Notes: generated by a model from the sequence alone, not told the origin. Positions 49,877 through 61,459 are shown, counted from the stretch's first letter. The stretch: 64,000 nt of DNA from an uncultured Verrucomicrobiae bacterium (GCA_963764165.1 CAVXRD010000002.1:1984001-2048000); one strand, 5' to 3'. Made by a program: numbers and translations.

Positions 49877-49904
49877 TTGACTTAATATAGTTAATTGATA
49901 AAGT
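49877..49904 (+). promoter_or_regulatory. Sigma70-like promoter (TTGACT-N16-TAAAGT, extended -10 TG) in an AT-rich region
   Basis: ttgact at 49877, tg-a-taaagt ending 49904, about 50 bp upstream of the prepilin-like gene; IHF-like ttcaacgattta at about 49852. Confidence 0.5.
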
Positions 49905-49951
49905 AAGTTCGTGTTCGGTTTATTCCGGCGGCAGCGAGATAGTCAAGTATT

Positions 49952-50824
49952 ATGAAATGCAAATCACGTGTAATGGAGGCGTTCACATTGATTGAACTTT
50001 TGGTGGTCATTGCCATTATCGCCATCCTGGCCGCGCTGCTGTTGCCGGCCCTGAGCAAGGCGAAGTCGCAAGCCCAAGGCACCAAGTGCACGAACAACGA
50101 GAAACAGTTGACGCTCTCTTGGACGATGTATGCCGGTGACAACAATGATTTGCTTGTCATTAATATTGGAGACGCTCGTCCAAACTATACCGATACGGGC
50201 TTGATGTCGCCTCAAACGGGGACATTTAACTTGTATAATTGGTGCGCTGGCCGTGTGGACGGAAACGGCAGCGCAGGCATTCCTGGAACTTTCGATGAAA
50301 CCAATTCGATTTTGGTCCAGAACAGTGCGATCGGAAATTATGTCAAGAATGCCGCCTCTTACAAGTGCCCCGCTGATCCAGGCAACTTGATCAATAATCC
50401 CCAGTTGGCGCCCAATCGCGTTCGCAGCATCTCCATGCAGAATTACATGAACGCGGACAGCGGCGACAGCCAATCCAACGCCTTTCGCTGGTTTACCAAA
50501 TTGAGTTATATCACCCAGCCTGCGCAATTCTTCGTTTTCGTCGACGAAAAGCCCTCGAGCATCGACGATGGCCTGTTTGAAGTGCAAATGTCGGATCCTG
50601 GACAATCTATCACGGTGGGCAATTATCCTTCACAACTGCACAACAACGCTTGCGGTTTCGGCTTTAGCGACGGCCACGCCGAGATTCACAAATGGCAAAG
50701 CATGGCTTTCCAATCCCCAGCTAGCGCGTCCACCATCTTCGCGCCCGGCCAGGACGGATATAACGATGCGAGTTGGATCACCACGCACACAACAACTCCC
50801 TATGTGACGGGAACGTCGCATTGA
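49952..50824 (+). CDS. Prepilin-type N-terminal cleavage/methylation protein, DUF1559-like with H-X9-DG motif
   Basis: A^[57 protein letters not shown]. Confidence 0.9.
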   Translation: MKCKSRVMEAFTLIELLVVIAIIAILAALLLPALSKAKSQAQGTKCTNNEKQLTLSWTMYAGDNNDLLVINIGDARPNYTDTGLMSPQTGTFNLYNWCAGRVDGNGSAGIPGTFDETNSILVQNSAIGNYVKNAASYKCPADPGNLINNPQLAPNRVRSISMQNYMNADSGDSQSNAFRWFTKLSYITQPAQFFVFVDEKPSSIDDGLFEVQMSDPGQSITVGNYPSQLHNNACGFGFSDGHAEIHKWQSMAFQSPASASTIFAPGQDGYNDASWITTHTTTPYVTGTSH

Positions 50825-50992
50825 TGGCTGGTTGCACCGCACCACCGTAAACAGCAAATGATCGCCTTAGAATGTTCGCACATGATGCCGTCGCCCGATT
50901 CACAAAATGGCTCCGACTCGATTACTTGCATTCCCTTGCAAACCTGAATTACCTCCCAACCGAAACTCCTAACACCTCAAGTAGCCTTCTCT

Positions 50993-53900
50993 ATGAAAAA
51001 AGCAATATTAGCCGCCAGTTGCGCGATCTCGATTTCGGCCTGCGCACTGCCCACCTATGAACCATTTACCGAGTATGCCAGCCGTGTGGCCAGCAACCCA
51101 ACCAACGCCATTGACTTGTGTTCGAATGGATTGGTGGCTCCCAGCGGCGAAGTGTGGGGCAGCCTCAATTTCAGTGGAAAAGCCACCGGCACTGGGCAGA
51201 CCGCAGGCGTGGACGTGGTGGTCACCAACATGGGCAGCGCAAGCCCCTTCACCGCTGCAGCATTGTCCGCCATTTTGCCTTCCACTTTTCCCGGCCTTCC
51301 GTCAGCGGGCCAGGCCATCACGGTGGTGGCTTACAATCCTTCGCAACCCGGCACCTCGCCGAGCGCGACTTAAGTTGGCAATAGCGCGGTGCTGATATTT
51401 GCCAATGATTTCACCCGGCCCACCGCCGGATCCAAATCCCTTTACATCTCCTACCTCATTTCCTTCGGAGAAAAGGGACAGTTAGGCACGGGCAACGACG
51501 GACGTTATTTAGATTTTCTCTCGTCAAGCAATCTGTACCTTCCGAATGCCGCGTATCCCTATTGGAGCAAGATCTTCAACACGTTTGGCACCGGGGCGAA
51601 TCCGGAGTACGTCAGCCATGCTCTCCTGGATATCAACACCACCAACACGTATCTCGGGGCTGCTGACTCCTCAGCGGGCAAAGATTTTTCGACCAGTCCT
51701 TTGACGGCACCGATGGGCGCCACGGCCGCCAGCCCCCCAGGCGCGCCTGTCTTTGTGGTTGGCTCCTATACACTCAACGCAACCGGCAGCGACCAGTTGG
51801 TAACTTGGGTTAACCCTTCGACCAACAATTTTGGCGGTTCGACGCCTCCGTCCAGCCCGGCGCAAACATTGACCCCGGCATTCAACATCAGCGACATCGG
51901 TGGATTGTGCCTTGAGGACCGCGTGGGTTCAGGAGCTTTAGGCGGAGTCGGTTCCAATTACATTGTTAATTTGCTCATCGGCAGCACCTGGTCCTTCGTT
52001 ACGGGCGGGCCTGAGTTCACGGCCCAGCCGACGAACTCGGTAGTGGCTGTGCCTGGCGGGACGGTGTCGATAACGGCAACGGCCGTGGCCGCTGCGCAGA
52101 CCGTGAGTTATCAGTGGCAAAAGAACGGGGCCAACCTCGCCAACGGGAGTGGCGCCGCAGGCGGATCCGCTTCCGTTTCCGGCGCGACCACAGCCACGTT
52201 GACGCTGACGGGCGCCTCCGCTGGAGATGCGGGCTCTTATACGGTTGTGGCCACCGCCAGTGGAACCGGCTATGGCTTGGTGAGTTCCAATTCCGTTTTC
52301 GCGGTGTCGGATCCTGGCGTTCTCGCGCAGCCTCAGCCTGCCACTGTCAATTATGGCGGCACAGCCACCTTCACCGCGGAGGTAGTCACAGCCACATCGG
52401 GATTCACTTACGCTTGGTATTATGGGTCAACCATGCTCACCAGCGGCGCGCAAGCCGATGGCAGCATCGTTTCCGGCGCGCAAGGAACCAACCACAGCGG
52501 TCCCGCCACCGTCTATTTGACTCTCAACATTTCCAATGTTTCATGCTCTGACGATGGCAGTTACTCGCTCATCGTCACCAACGTGAACAACAGTTATGCA
52601 GCTTCCACAGCCGCTGCTCTTGCTGTCAATGACCCGTTCATCGGAGTTCAACCGCCGGCGATTGTTGAAATTCCCGCGGGTGGAACTGCCAGCCTGCCCG
52701 TTCAAGCGGGAGGCACCGGCGCCACCTACCAATGGTACAACGCGCAAGGCGCGCTGTCGGATACAGGCGACGATTCCGGCACGGCCACATCAACGCTGAC
52801 CATTGCAAACGCGCAAGCCAGTGATGAAGGGACTTACTACGTCACCGTCAATGGAACGTGCGGCCCGTCCGTCACCAGTTCAAATACGGTGGTCTATGTA
52901 GACACGACGCCGGCCGGTCTTACCCTGACCCCGCCCATTTTGACACAACAGTCTGGCACGCACCTGGCACTCGTCGGCACCGTCGCTGGCGGGTCTGGAT
53001 TGGCCCATCTTTACTTGCAGCTCAATGGAACCAATCTCAACGCCGGGCAGCAGGCCGACGGAAGTTTTGTTTTCGGGCCGGGCACAACGGTTCCAATTCC
53101 CGGGACAGGGGCTTTGATCTTAAGCAATTTGCAGGTCTCCGATTCCGGCACCTACACGGTGATCGTTTCGAACATCGCGGGCGTCGTCAGCGCCAGCAGC
53201 GTTGTCAAGGTGGTGCAACCCGGCCAAATCCAGCTCTCGACCAATAATTTGATTGTCAGCCGCGTTGGGGAAGGTTCGCAGCCTTTGAGCGGCGCCACGG
53301 GCAATACTCTCTACTTGGATCAGTTTGCGACCAATGGCGGATACGTCAATACCATCCAGGTGCCCGACACAGGCCCGAGCGCGCTCGTGGTGGCGGGGGC
53401 CGCCGTTGCGAGCGGAAACGAAGGCGCGGAAGAGGCTTACATCACCACTTCCTCGAACCAGCAGTTTATTAACTTTGGCGGCTTTTGTTACAGCTATCCG
53501 TACCAGGGCGGCGCGGATGTAACGATTGGAGGAGCCGGGTATGTCCGCGGGATTTACGCGGTTAACGGCGCCGGCATCATGGCCTTGGTTTACACCAATT
53601 ACGGCCTTTATTCCGGGGGCCATGGGTTTCGCGACGTCTATTCCACAGACGGATTGACCAACTTCTGGACGACCGGTTCCGCTAGCGGCGGCACTGTCAA
53701 ATATGTTAATGCGGGTCCAGCCGGAGCGTCCTATACGATCACCACACCCGGGCTGGGAATTCCCGCCCTCTCCGCGGCCAACTCGGGCGGTGTTTCGCTC
53801 GGCTTGGTTGGTTCCAATCTGGTATTTGCCGAAAATGGAGCCTTTAGCGTCAGCGACCCCTCGTCCGTTTGGGGCCTGGATGAGTTTTCCGGCGCGCCGA

Positions 53901-55594
53901 TGACCACAACCACAGCCAGCACGGAGATTTTGCCTGGCGGCGTCGGCCACGCCGACGATTTCGCGTTCAGCCCAGACCAGCTTACGGTTTATGTCGCGGA
54001 TGATGATTTCTCGACCAGCCAGGGAGGCAACGGCGGCATTCAACGCTGGGATAATGTTGGTGGAACATGGACTTACGCCTATAACCTTTCCGATACCACA
54101 GGCACCGGCACCAACGGCACGCGCGGATTGGTCGCCGTCTGGCCCGCCAATATCACGAGCTGGGGCCAAGGCGTGCAAGGCGCGGTCATTTATGCCACGA
54201 CCTCTGAGACGGTGTCTAACCGGATCATCCAAATCACGGATACAATTGGGGCCAACTCTCCGTCTTCCTTATTGGCAACCGCAGGCCCCAATCAGTTCTA
54301 TCGCGGCATTCGATTCGGACCCATCCAGGCGCCGCTGGGCGTGACGGCTGGCCCGGCAAATCAGACAGCCATCGCCGGACAGTCCGTGGAAATTTCGGCT
54401 TCTACCACCGGCAATTTTTCCTACTATTTCCCCAACGCGGCCGGGACCCACTATAACTTGATCAGCGTCCCGCCGGCTACCTTCCAATGGTATCAGAACG
54501 GCGCCGCCCTTGCAGGCCAGACGAACTACGCGCTTAGCCTGCTGAACGCGCAAGCGAGCAACGCGGGTTCCTACACGTTTGTCATGACCAGTGGACCGAC
54601 TACGGTTTCAAACGCCATTCCGGCGGTGCTGACAGTCAGCCCGTTCACTGTGGATTCAAACCTGGTTGGATGGTTTCAATTTGCGGATGGCTCCGGCACC
54701 AACGCGATTGATTCCTCAATTTATGGAGACACGGGAGCCTTGTATAATTTCCCGACCAACAATAGCGAATGGGTGTCCGGCTTGGGTGGATTGCCCGCCC
54801 TTGATTTCGCCAACGCGGATTCAAACAACGACAATGTCGTGATTGTTCCCGACGAGGCCCAGTTGAACTTCACCAATGATTCACAGTTTACAATCTCGGC
54901 CTGGATCAAGAGCACCACCAATCAGTCAAGCAGCGCGGCTCTCATCTCCAAAGGTTACGGAAATGGCGGCGAGCAATATAACCTGGACATCTATAATGGC
55001 GGCTACCGGATATTCGTGCGCAATTCCCTGGGCACAGTGTCGGCCATCTCCACCACAAACGCCCCTCCTGTAAACCAATGGCAGCAAGTGGCGGCGACGT
55101 TCAACGGAAGCGAGGGCTTATTGGATCTTTATATCGATGGCCAGTTGATCGGCTCCAATAATGCGGCGCTGAACTCGCTGTTATACACCACCCTTCCGCT
55201 GACCATCGGCAACCGGACATCCGGTCAAGGCACGGCTTACAATCTCCCGTTTGTTGGTGATATCCAAGACGTGCGCCTTTACGACGCCGCCTTTGGTCCG
55301 CAGGACATCGCCGCCATCTACGCCTCTCAAAATCTGGCGGCTTCAGCCTTCCCTCCACAACTCGCCACCAATCCGCCTGCCGCTTTCGTTGGCTCCGGAC
55401 AATTCCAATTGAACTTCACTGGCGTGGCTGGAACGAGCTTCCGCCTTTGGAGCACGACCAATCTGGCCTTAAAGCCCATTACCAACACATGGACTTTGCT
55501 GGAGAGCGGCACTTTCGGCGCCAACGGTTCCGCCAGCTATATTGACACGTCGGCGGCCGGTGCGGAGAAGTTTTACACCATCACTCAACCCTAG
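50993..55594 (+). pseudogene. Large secreted Ig-repeat / propeller-like / LamG protein interrupted by one in-frame TAA at 51371-51373 (or sequencing error)
   Basis: ORFs 50993-51373 (carrying the signal peptide) and 51389-55594 share a frame: SPSAT*VGNSAVLIF. About five Ig domains (YQW...D.G.Y), one LamG, short C-terminal domain. Confidence 0.75.
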
Positions 55595-55612
55595 AACTGA
55601 ATTTCTAAAGTT

Positions 55613-57338
55613 TTACGGCGAGGTTACGTAGTAGAAGCGTTCGGAGTTGCCGGGGGCGTTGGTGTCGGCGTACTGGTATTGGCCCGGTGCAATTTCCGGG
55701 ACTAGACCCAACGCCGCCCACGTGGAGGGGGGAGCGGCAAGATTCGGTACTCGCGGAAACATAAAAATTCGCGCCAGGGACATTGGTGAACGAAAACTGA
55801 AAAGCGCCGCTGGATAGAATGACCGGATTGATGATAGTAATCGGTGTGACGACGGGCTCCGGCACCGAGAAGGCGTAAACCTTGTTGTCGCCCGCCACGT
55901 AAATGCGACCGCGCGCCACAATGCCAGTGTTGAACTTTCTAACGCTTGCCATCAACTCATTCGTGCCGCCGCCGGTGAATATATTTGTCCCGGTGTCGCC
56001 ATCGAAACCGTGAAGCTTTTCGTCACCTCCTGCGCCCAAGCCCCAGACGATGACGTTGTGGATGCCGTCCGTTGAAGTCACAAAGGGCGAGCCCCCGCCA
56101 TTCTCCGCGTTGGTCCATGCCATTTTGATGGTGGGTGGGCTGCTCGCCCCGATGAGCATGGAATAAAGATTGTTGTTATTGGCAAAAACAACGTAGGTGC
56201 CCCTCGTAGTCTGGTAAGTGGCGGCCGCTTGAATGATTTGCGAAGTGGCAACATGCGCCTGGGCCAGCGGATGGCTGATGCCGCTGAGGTTGGTGCGGTT
56301 CAGCAGATAAGCATTGCCATCCTTGCCGAGTGCGACCACCAGATTCGATGGGGTTGCGCCGGGTACGGTCACAAGAAGCGGGCCGGTGCCGCCGATATCC
56401 AAGTCCTGGCTATCGAGCGAGGACCAGTTGGTCGGAGCCCAATAGTTGGAGGTCCCGCTGGCCAGCGCCAGATTGGGAGTGAGGTGGACGATGGCCTCGC
56501 CGCCACTCCACGAAGAGGCGTTGAATGTATTGCCCGTCGCCACAAAAACATCGGCGCCGTCGCTGGCCAGTCCGCCGACAGACCAAGCGCCGCCCCCGTT
56601 CGCCGATGTCGCCCAAGCCATGACCTTGCTGGGGTTGCTGATGGGAACTCCCACCACCCAACCATGATAAGACCCGCAATCGCCATACAGCCCGCCGTAA
56701 GGCACATACAAGTTGGTTCCAATGACGGTCAATGCGCCACGCTCGCCCTGCGCCGTTGAAACAAAATGCGTTGTTCCAAATGCCGCGGTGCTGTCCACGT
56801 CCACCGGCCATCCGGGGTTGAGATCTCCGGTGTCTGCATTCAAGGAAAAAATGCGGTGTTTGACGCTTGAGGAAACCGTCATAATCGCGTCAAAGAACAG
56901 CGAGCGCGAAGGCAAATCAACGACCGGGGTGCCGGTGATGCCGTAAGGGGAAACATTGCCGCAAGGGAGGGAGCCAGCCGCCACGTTCGCCCCAACGTTG
57001 GTCTGCCAATCGATGCTGCCGGTGACCGCATCCAGCGCGAAAACTGTATTTGACTCGGTGACGACAATGACAACCGCCCGGTTACCCGGGCCGCCCTCGA
57101 TGTAAAGCGGCTGGGCATAGACATTGCCGCTGACGGCGCCGTTAAACGCCAGGTCACGCGTAAGATGGGCGGCATTGGAAACCGTGAACCCGGGGTCGAT
57201 ATACAGGCCGTCACGGGAAAGATGATTGTGGTGCTGCGTCACATTGATTTCGCCACGGGCGGAAATGCTCACGAATGAGATCGCGAGCAAACCACATATC
57301 CCGACACCCGCGCGATAATCGGCAAATGTTGCGTTCAT
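55613..57338 (-). CDS. Secreted PQQ-repeat-like beta-propeller protein; +1 frameshift near 55746 in the C-terminal domain
   Basis: VTQHHNHLSRDGLY, VYAQPLY, GITGTPVVD, DLDIGG, ALGKDG. The correct C-terminus (STNLAAP..W...ERFYYVTSP) is in the alternative frame ending at 55613. Confidence 0.7.
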
Positions 57339-57369
57339 AATAATCCTGAGTTTCCCGGCACAATTCCAT

Positions 57370-58725
57370 TCAACTAACCACATGTGAGCCGGCGTTGCCA
57401 CTGGTCTCCTCTTTTAATTGCGCCACTCGTTCTCGAACTCCGCTTATTATGGCGTCGCCTAGTTCCGGAGGGAACCCGTGAGGAAGGATGCTTTGCGCGC
57501 GCTCCAGCGCTTCGGGCGTCTTTGCGATGACTTCATCCACTACCGAGTGCATCCCTTCCACTCCGGTTCGCCTTGCGGTCTCGATCCAATGCCTGGCATG
57601 GATTTCTGCCCAAAGGTAATGCCGGTTTTTCCCGCGCACGGCCATCGCCATCTTAATTTCCTCGGGCGCAAGTTTTCCACGTCCATGGCCACGCGTTGGA
57701 TGGGCCGAGAGGATATCGCATCGCGGGGTTAGCCGATAAGCGCTCCCAGGGAGATGAAAAATGCTAAAATTCTTGGCATGCCCGTCAATGGCCGCCAGCA
57801 CCCAAAATAGAAGCTGGGTTCGCATAAAGTCATGCCGATCCTCCGTCGCCCGATCAGAACCTCGAAGCACTTCGAGTATATCTGCGATGCCCGGCCCTCC
57901 ATCGCTTTCATATTTGAGATCTGGGGGAGTTCCGGTGACCTGACAGAAATCTTCCTGTGGCAGGCGGAGATACCAGTTTTGGCCGGATGCAAGTTTTCGG
58001 TCAAATCTCTCAACGACCAGCACCTTCTGCTCGCCAAATGCCTCCATGCGGCACTGCGCGACTTCGATGCCATATTGTTCGACAATCTTTGCGCATAGCC
58101 ATTCATTTTCGATTGAAGTGGAAAGGTCTATGCCTCTCGCATTTTTCCCGATCGGGAGTTTTAGAATATGCGTTGTGGGAGTCGACCCGGACGGCTCCAT
58201 CCATGTGCCATCGTGCCACAAAAGCGCGGCTTTCTCCTGGGCGCCTGCGATTGAAATCCTGAAAGCGTCTCCTGAAGGCGTCCCCAGCCCGGGACGCGAA
58301 TCTAAAGTTGCGATGAGTATTTTTTCGATGTCCTCCGCCGTGATGGGCCTGCCGGTGATTTGATGAATGTCAGGCGGTGCCACGCCTTCGGGGGCCAGTT
58401 GCAAAGCCCCCACACAATCCCGCCCGATCTCGAGCAACAGGTCGAACGCGCTGGTGGAGCGCGCATTAAAGCGCCGTCGAATCCTCTCCCGAATCTCTGC
58501 ATTATCCGGCAATAAATTTTCGAAGAATTCCTGCACCCCTCGGCGATACGGCTCGCGCGAAGGGCGCAAGGGGAGGGACAATGATAGTGGTCTCGCGCTG
58601 GGGGAGGACGCCCACGTTTCGGCGTACACAAATTCGTGTCCCTGCCCGCTTGCGAGCCGCCAGTCACCGACGTGTTCGCCGTTCATCCAGACCGCAAGAG
58701 CTTGGATTTTTCTTCTCCGCGCCAT
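57370..58725 (-). CDS. hipA: Type II toxin HipA (Ser/Thr kinase)
   Basis: PLSLSLP, FFENLLPD, IGRDCVGALQ, ISIAGAQEK, TTHILKLP, ERFDR, QEDFCQ, DGHAKNFS. Confidence 0.93.
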   Translation of the reverse strand: MARRRKIQALAVWMNGEHVGDWRLASGQGHEFVYAETWASSPSARPLSLSLPLRPSREPYRRGVQEFFENLLPDNAEIRERIRRRFNARSTSAFDLLLEIGRDCVGALQLAPEGVAPPDIHQITGRPITAEDIEKILIATLDSRPGLGTPSGDAFRISIAGAQEKAALLWHDGTWMEPSGSTPTTHILKLPIGKNARGIDLSTSIENEWLCAKIVEQYGIEVAQCRMEAFGEQKVLVVERFDRKLASGQNWYLRLPQEDFCQVTGTPPDLKYESDGGPGIADILEVLRGSDRATEDRHDFMRTQLLFWVLAAIDGHAKNFSIFHLPGSAYRLTPRCDILSAHPTRGHGRGKLAPEEIKMAMAVRGKNRHYLWAEIHARHWIETARRTGVEGMHSVVDEVIAKTPEALERAQSILPHGFPPELGDAIISGVRERVAQLKEETSGNAGSHVVS

Positions 58726-58728
58726 AAA

Positions 58729-58974
58729 TCACCAGTCGGCAGGAGCTTGGCTTGGTCTTTTTTTCCGAACCACAAGCTCCAGATCAAGTCCCGCCAGAAC
58801 CTTCAGGAGTTGGGATAGAGCTTTCGGGCCGGGATCAACCTCCATTTGCGAGATAATAGGTTGGGAAACACCAGATTTCATTCCGATTTCCTGCTGCGTC
58901 AGGCTAAGTTCTTTGCGATATCCGCGAAGAACGGCCCCTAATTGCTGCGATGTCTTTACTGTATAATCTGTCAC
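58729..58974 (-). CDS. hipB: HipB-like XRE/HTH antitoxin
   Basis: QLGAVLRGYRKELSLTQQEIG...VSQPIISQME HTH; C-terminal W; directly upstream of hipA. Confidence 0.85.
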   Translation of the reverse strand: MTDYTVKTSQQLGAVLRGYRKELSLTQQEIGMKSGVSQPIISQMEVDPGPKALSQLLKVLAGLDLELVVRKKRPSQAPADW

Positions 58975-58986
58975 GATAAGCGCCTT

Positions 58987-59055
58987 TATGCGTTTAATAT
59001 ATAATGCCTAAATATGCTTAATCAATATAAATGTGAAATATATCTAAAATGTATA
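58987..59055. promoter_or_regulatory. Three tandem putative HipB operators TATRY-N7-RTATA with 26-bp period
   Basis: tatgc-gtttaat-atata (58987), tatgc-ttaatca-atata (59013), tatat-ctaaaat-gtata (59039). Confidence 0.65.
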
Positions 59056-59098
59056 AATGCCTTTGCCGTGGAAGGTCTTGGAACTCTGGATTCAACGC

Positions 59099-61459
59099 TC
59101 AAGGAGCCATCTTCAGCCCCTCCCACTTCACCACCCATTTTCCATCATCGGGAAAGCCGGGGGTTTGTTTGCCGGGCGGTGCGCCATCCCAACCGGCTGC
59201 CATCATGGCAACGGCATAAAGCAAGCCTCCGTTGCCCGGCAAATAGGGGCCAGGGCCACCAGTGCAAATTCCGCGTTCGTCGTAATGATTCTTCCCGGAA
59301 GGATTTAGCAGCGCTTCTATCGCCAATTGAGGATCGCCCACCCGGGCCGCAGCCATGGCCATCCACGGAAAATCCCAACCCCAGACCGCGTCCCAATCCC
59401 AACTTCGTCCCACCTCCTCCACCGTACGGCGGGCGGCGGCGGGGTCGAGCCCTTTGAACGGCGGCAGCATTCCGGCAATTCCAATGATGTCGATATGATC
59501 TATGTTGCGCGCGGCGAAAGTGTCAGGGCGGTCGGCACTGTAAATATAAAGGCCATCCTTCATCGGCAGAGGCGCAAGATGGTTAAGCACATCGTCCCAA
59601 TGCGGCTCGCGCGCCAGGCCGAGGAGCACGCGCCATTGCTGCGCCCACTCAAGGGCAACGCGCCAGTAGCCAAGCTCAAATATCGTGTTGCGCCGAAGAG
59701 TCGTATTATCGCCTTCGTATGCAGGCCAAACAGGATAAAGGTCGTAACGGCTGGCAGCTTCGTTCCAGGTCGGATAGTCGGCCATGAACTCCGCGGTGCC
59801 TAGCACAACGTCTCTCCATTTATCGAGAGTGGCCTTTGTTGGTTGTGAGCGATACTCGAGTTCGGCAATAAAAATTGGGTGAGGAATTCTCCAAAGCAGC
59901 GCCATTTCGGGCGGCCATCCGTCGTTATAACCGTTTGGCCCGGTCGACTTGGGCCACATCATGCCCTTGTAGTTGAAATTCCTGGCGATGGCCTCGGCCG
60001 CCGGAGCCACCCGTGAATAAATGCCCAGAGCCTTTTCGGCGAGCAGCGAGCGATTCCACAATGAGTAATGGGCCAGATGCCACCAAATCATTTCAAAGTG
60101 CCACTTGGCCTCCCAGGGATCTGTGCCGGTCAGCGCGACTTCAGCCGGAGGATTGTCGCCCGCCGATTGCGCCGCCAGTTCATATTGCGATAGGACGATG
60201 CGGCGTTCCAGCTCCACCCAGCGAGGATCGCTGCTGGCGGATAAGTCAATTGCCCCGCCACTATTCCAAAACGCCGGCCATGATGCCGCGCACGCCCTCA
60301 CGACGCCATCAAAAGTGCTATCGATAGCTTCGGTCGCGCTTGACCGAAACTGGCAGGCAAACTCAATGACATCGGCATCCGAATCAGGCACAAGGACGAA
60401 TTGATGGAGTGAAGCGCCAATGCTCCAGGAGCTATTCTCAGGAAGACTCTTAGTCTTCTCCTTTCCATTAACGCGATATGTGATCTCCAGATTTTTAGGG
60501 AACTGCAGCGCTGGATCGCCGAACGAGGCATTATTGGCGGTGATAACTTGATGATCATGGAGCGAAGCGATCACTCGATCAGTAACATTTGTCCACCCGC
60601 CGCCGCTTGCGCCGTAGCGCGCATTTTCAATCTCCGGTTGAACGGCAGCCGGGCGGCTGATGGAAAACCGGTTGCCATTTAACACCACTTCGTATTGGGC
60701 GTCGTCAATCGTCCGGCGCAATTCAAGCCGCGCTCCGGTTCCCCGAAGGATGGCAGTCTGATGACCGGCAGCGCGGGAGAAATCTCCCACCCAGGCACCT
60801 ACATTTTGCGCCGGGGCTGGAAAATCTAGCATCACCTTCAATCGGCCGTCCCGCAATAAAGCCGATTTCACGCGCACCGCCACTGTGTCGCTCTGAGGAT
60901 CAACACACGTTTGCACCTCAACCGGCTGGCCGAGGTAAATGAACTGGCTGGTCAAAAGCCCCGTCCACAATTTGAGTTGGCGCGCAACCATATGCGCATC
61001 CGCCCCGGTCAGCCGCTCGTCGTCCTGGTTGATGAAGCCGATCCGCCCCAGATTCAGCGGCTGCGGATTTTCGCGCTGCCAGGTGAAGATCGCCCTGGGC
61101 GGCCTGGTCGTCACTCCCTTGAGCCGCCCCTTGTCTGGCGTGGCCCAGGGCTTGATGTCCTCCGGAGTCACGCCTGGCGGAAGCGGAAAGCTATGCCAGC
61201 ACCAATGCGACATGGTATTGCCGCCGACAGTTTGCAAACCGGTTCCATCGGCGTTGAAAGCGAAATTGCCATTGCCCAGCGGAATCTGGCCGCCGAGGCT
61301 GGGCCAATCTATATCGTGCCGCGCTACTAACGCCTGACGATCAATCGCGCGTTTATCACCTGGCGTCAAAGGCTCCGCAGCAGCCCAGTCCATCCCAGGC
61401 GACATGGCCACAGCGGAAGCCATGAATGAAGTTCTGCGGATAAATTTCCGGCGATTCAT
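59099..61459 (-). CDS. Tat-exported six-hairpin glycoside hydrolase (GH65/GH95-like) with an inserted lectin-like module
   Basis: MNRRKFI Tat signal; IDRQALVARH, PLGNGNFAFNADGTGLQT, ELERRIVLSQY, WGWDFP, YLPGNGGLL, GFPDDGKWVVKWEGL. Confidence 0.75.
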   Translation of the reverse strand: MNRRKFIRRTSFMASAVAMSPGMDWAAAEPLTPGDKRAIDRQALVARHDIDWPSLGGQIPLGNGNFAFNADGTGLQTVGGNTMSHWCWHSFPLPPGVTPEDIKPWATPDKGRLKGVTTRPPRAIFTWQRENPQPLNLGRIGFINQDDERLTGADAHMVARQLKLWTGLLTSQFIYLGQPVEVQTCVDPQSDTVAVRVKSALLRDGRLKVMLDFPAPAQNVGAWVGDFSRAAGHQTAILRGTGARLELRRTIDDAQYEVVLNGNRFSISRPAAVQPEIENARYGASGGGWTNVTDRVIASLHDHQVITANNASFGDPALQFPKNLEITYRVNGKEKTKSLPENSSWSIGASLHQFVLVPDSDADVIEFACQFRSSATEAIDSTFDGVVRACAASWPAFWNSGGAIDLSASSDPRWVELERRIVLSQYELAAQSAGDNPPAEVALTGTDPWEAKWHFEMIWWHLAHYSLWNRSLLAEKALGIYSRVAPAAEAIARNFNYKGMMWPKSTGPNGYNDGWPPEMALLWRIPHPIFIAELEYRSQPTKATLDKWRDVVLGTAEFMADYPTWNEAASRYDLYPVWPAYEGDNTTLRRNTIFELGYWRVALEWAQQWRVLLGLAREPHWDDVLNHLAPLPMKDGLYIYSADRPDTFAARNIDHIDIIGIAGMLPPFKGLDPAAARRTVEEVGRSWDWDAVWGWDFPWMAMAAARVGDPQLAIEALLNPSGKNHYDERGICTGGPGPYLPGNGGLLYAVAMMAAGWDGAPPGKQTPGFPDDGKWVVKWEGLKMAP

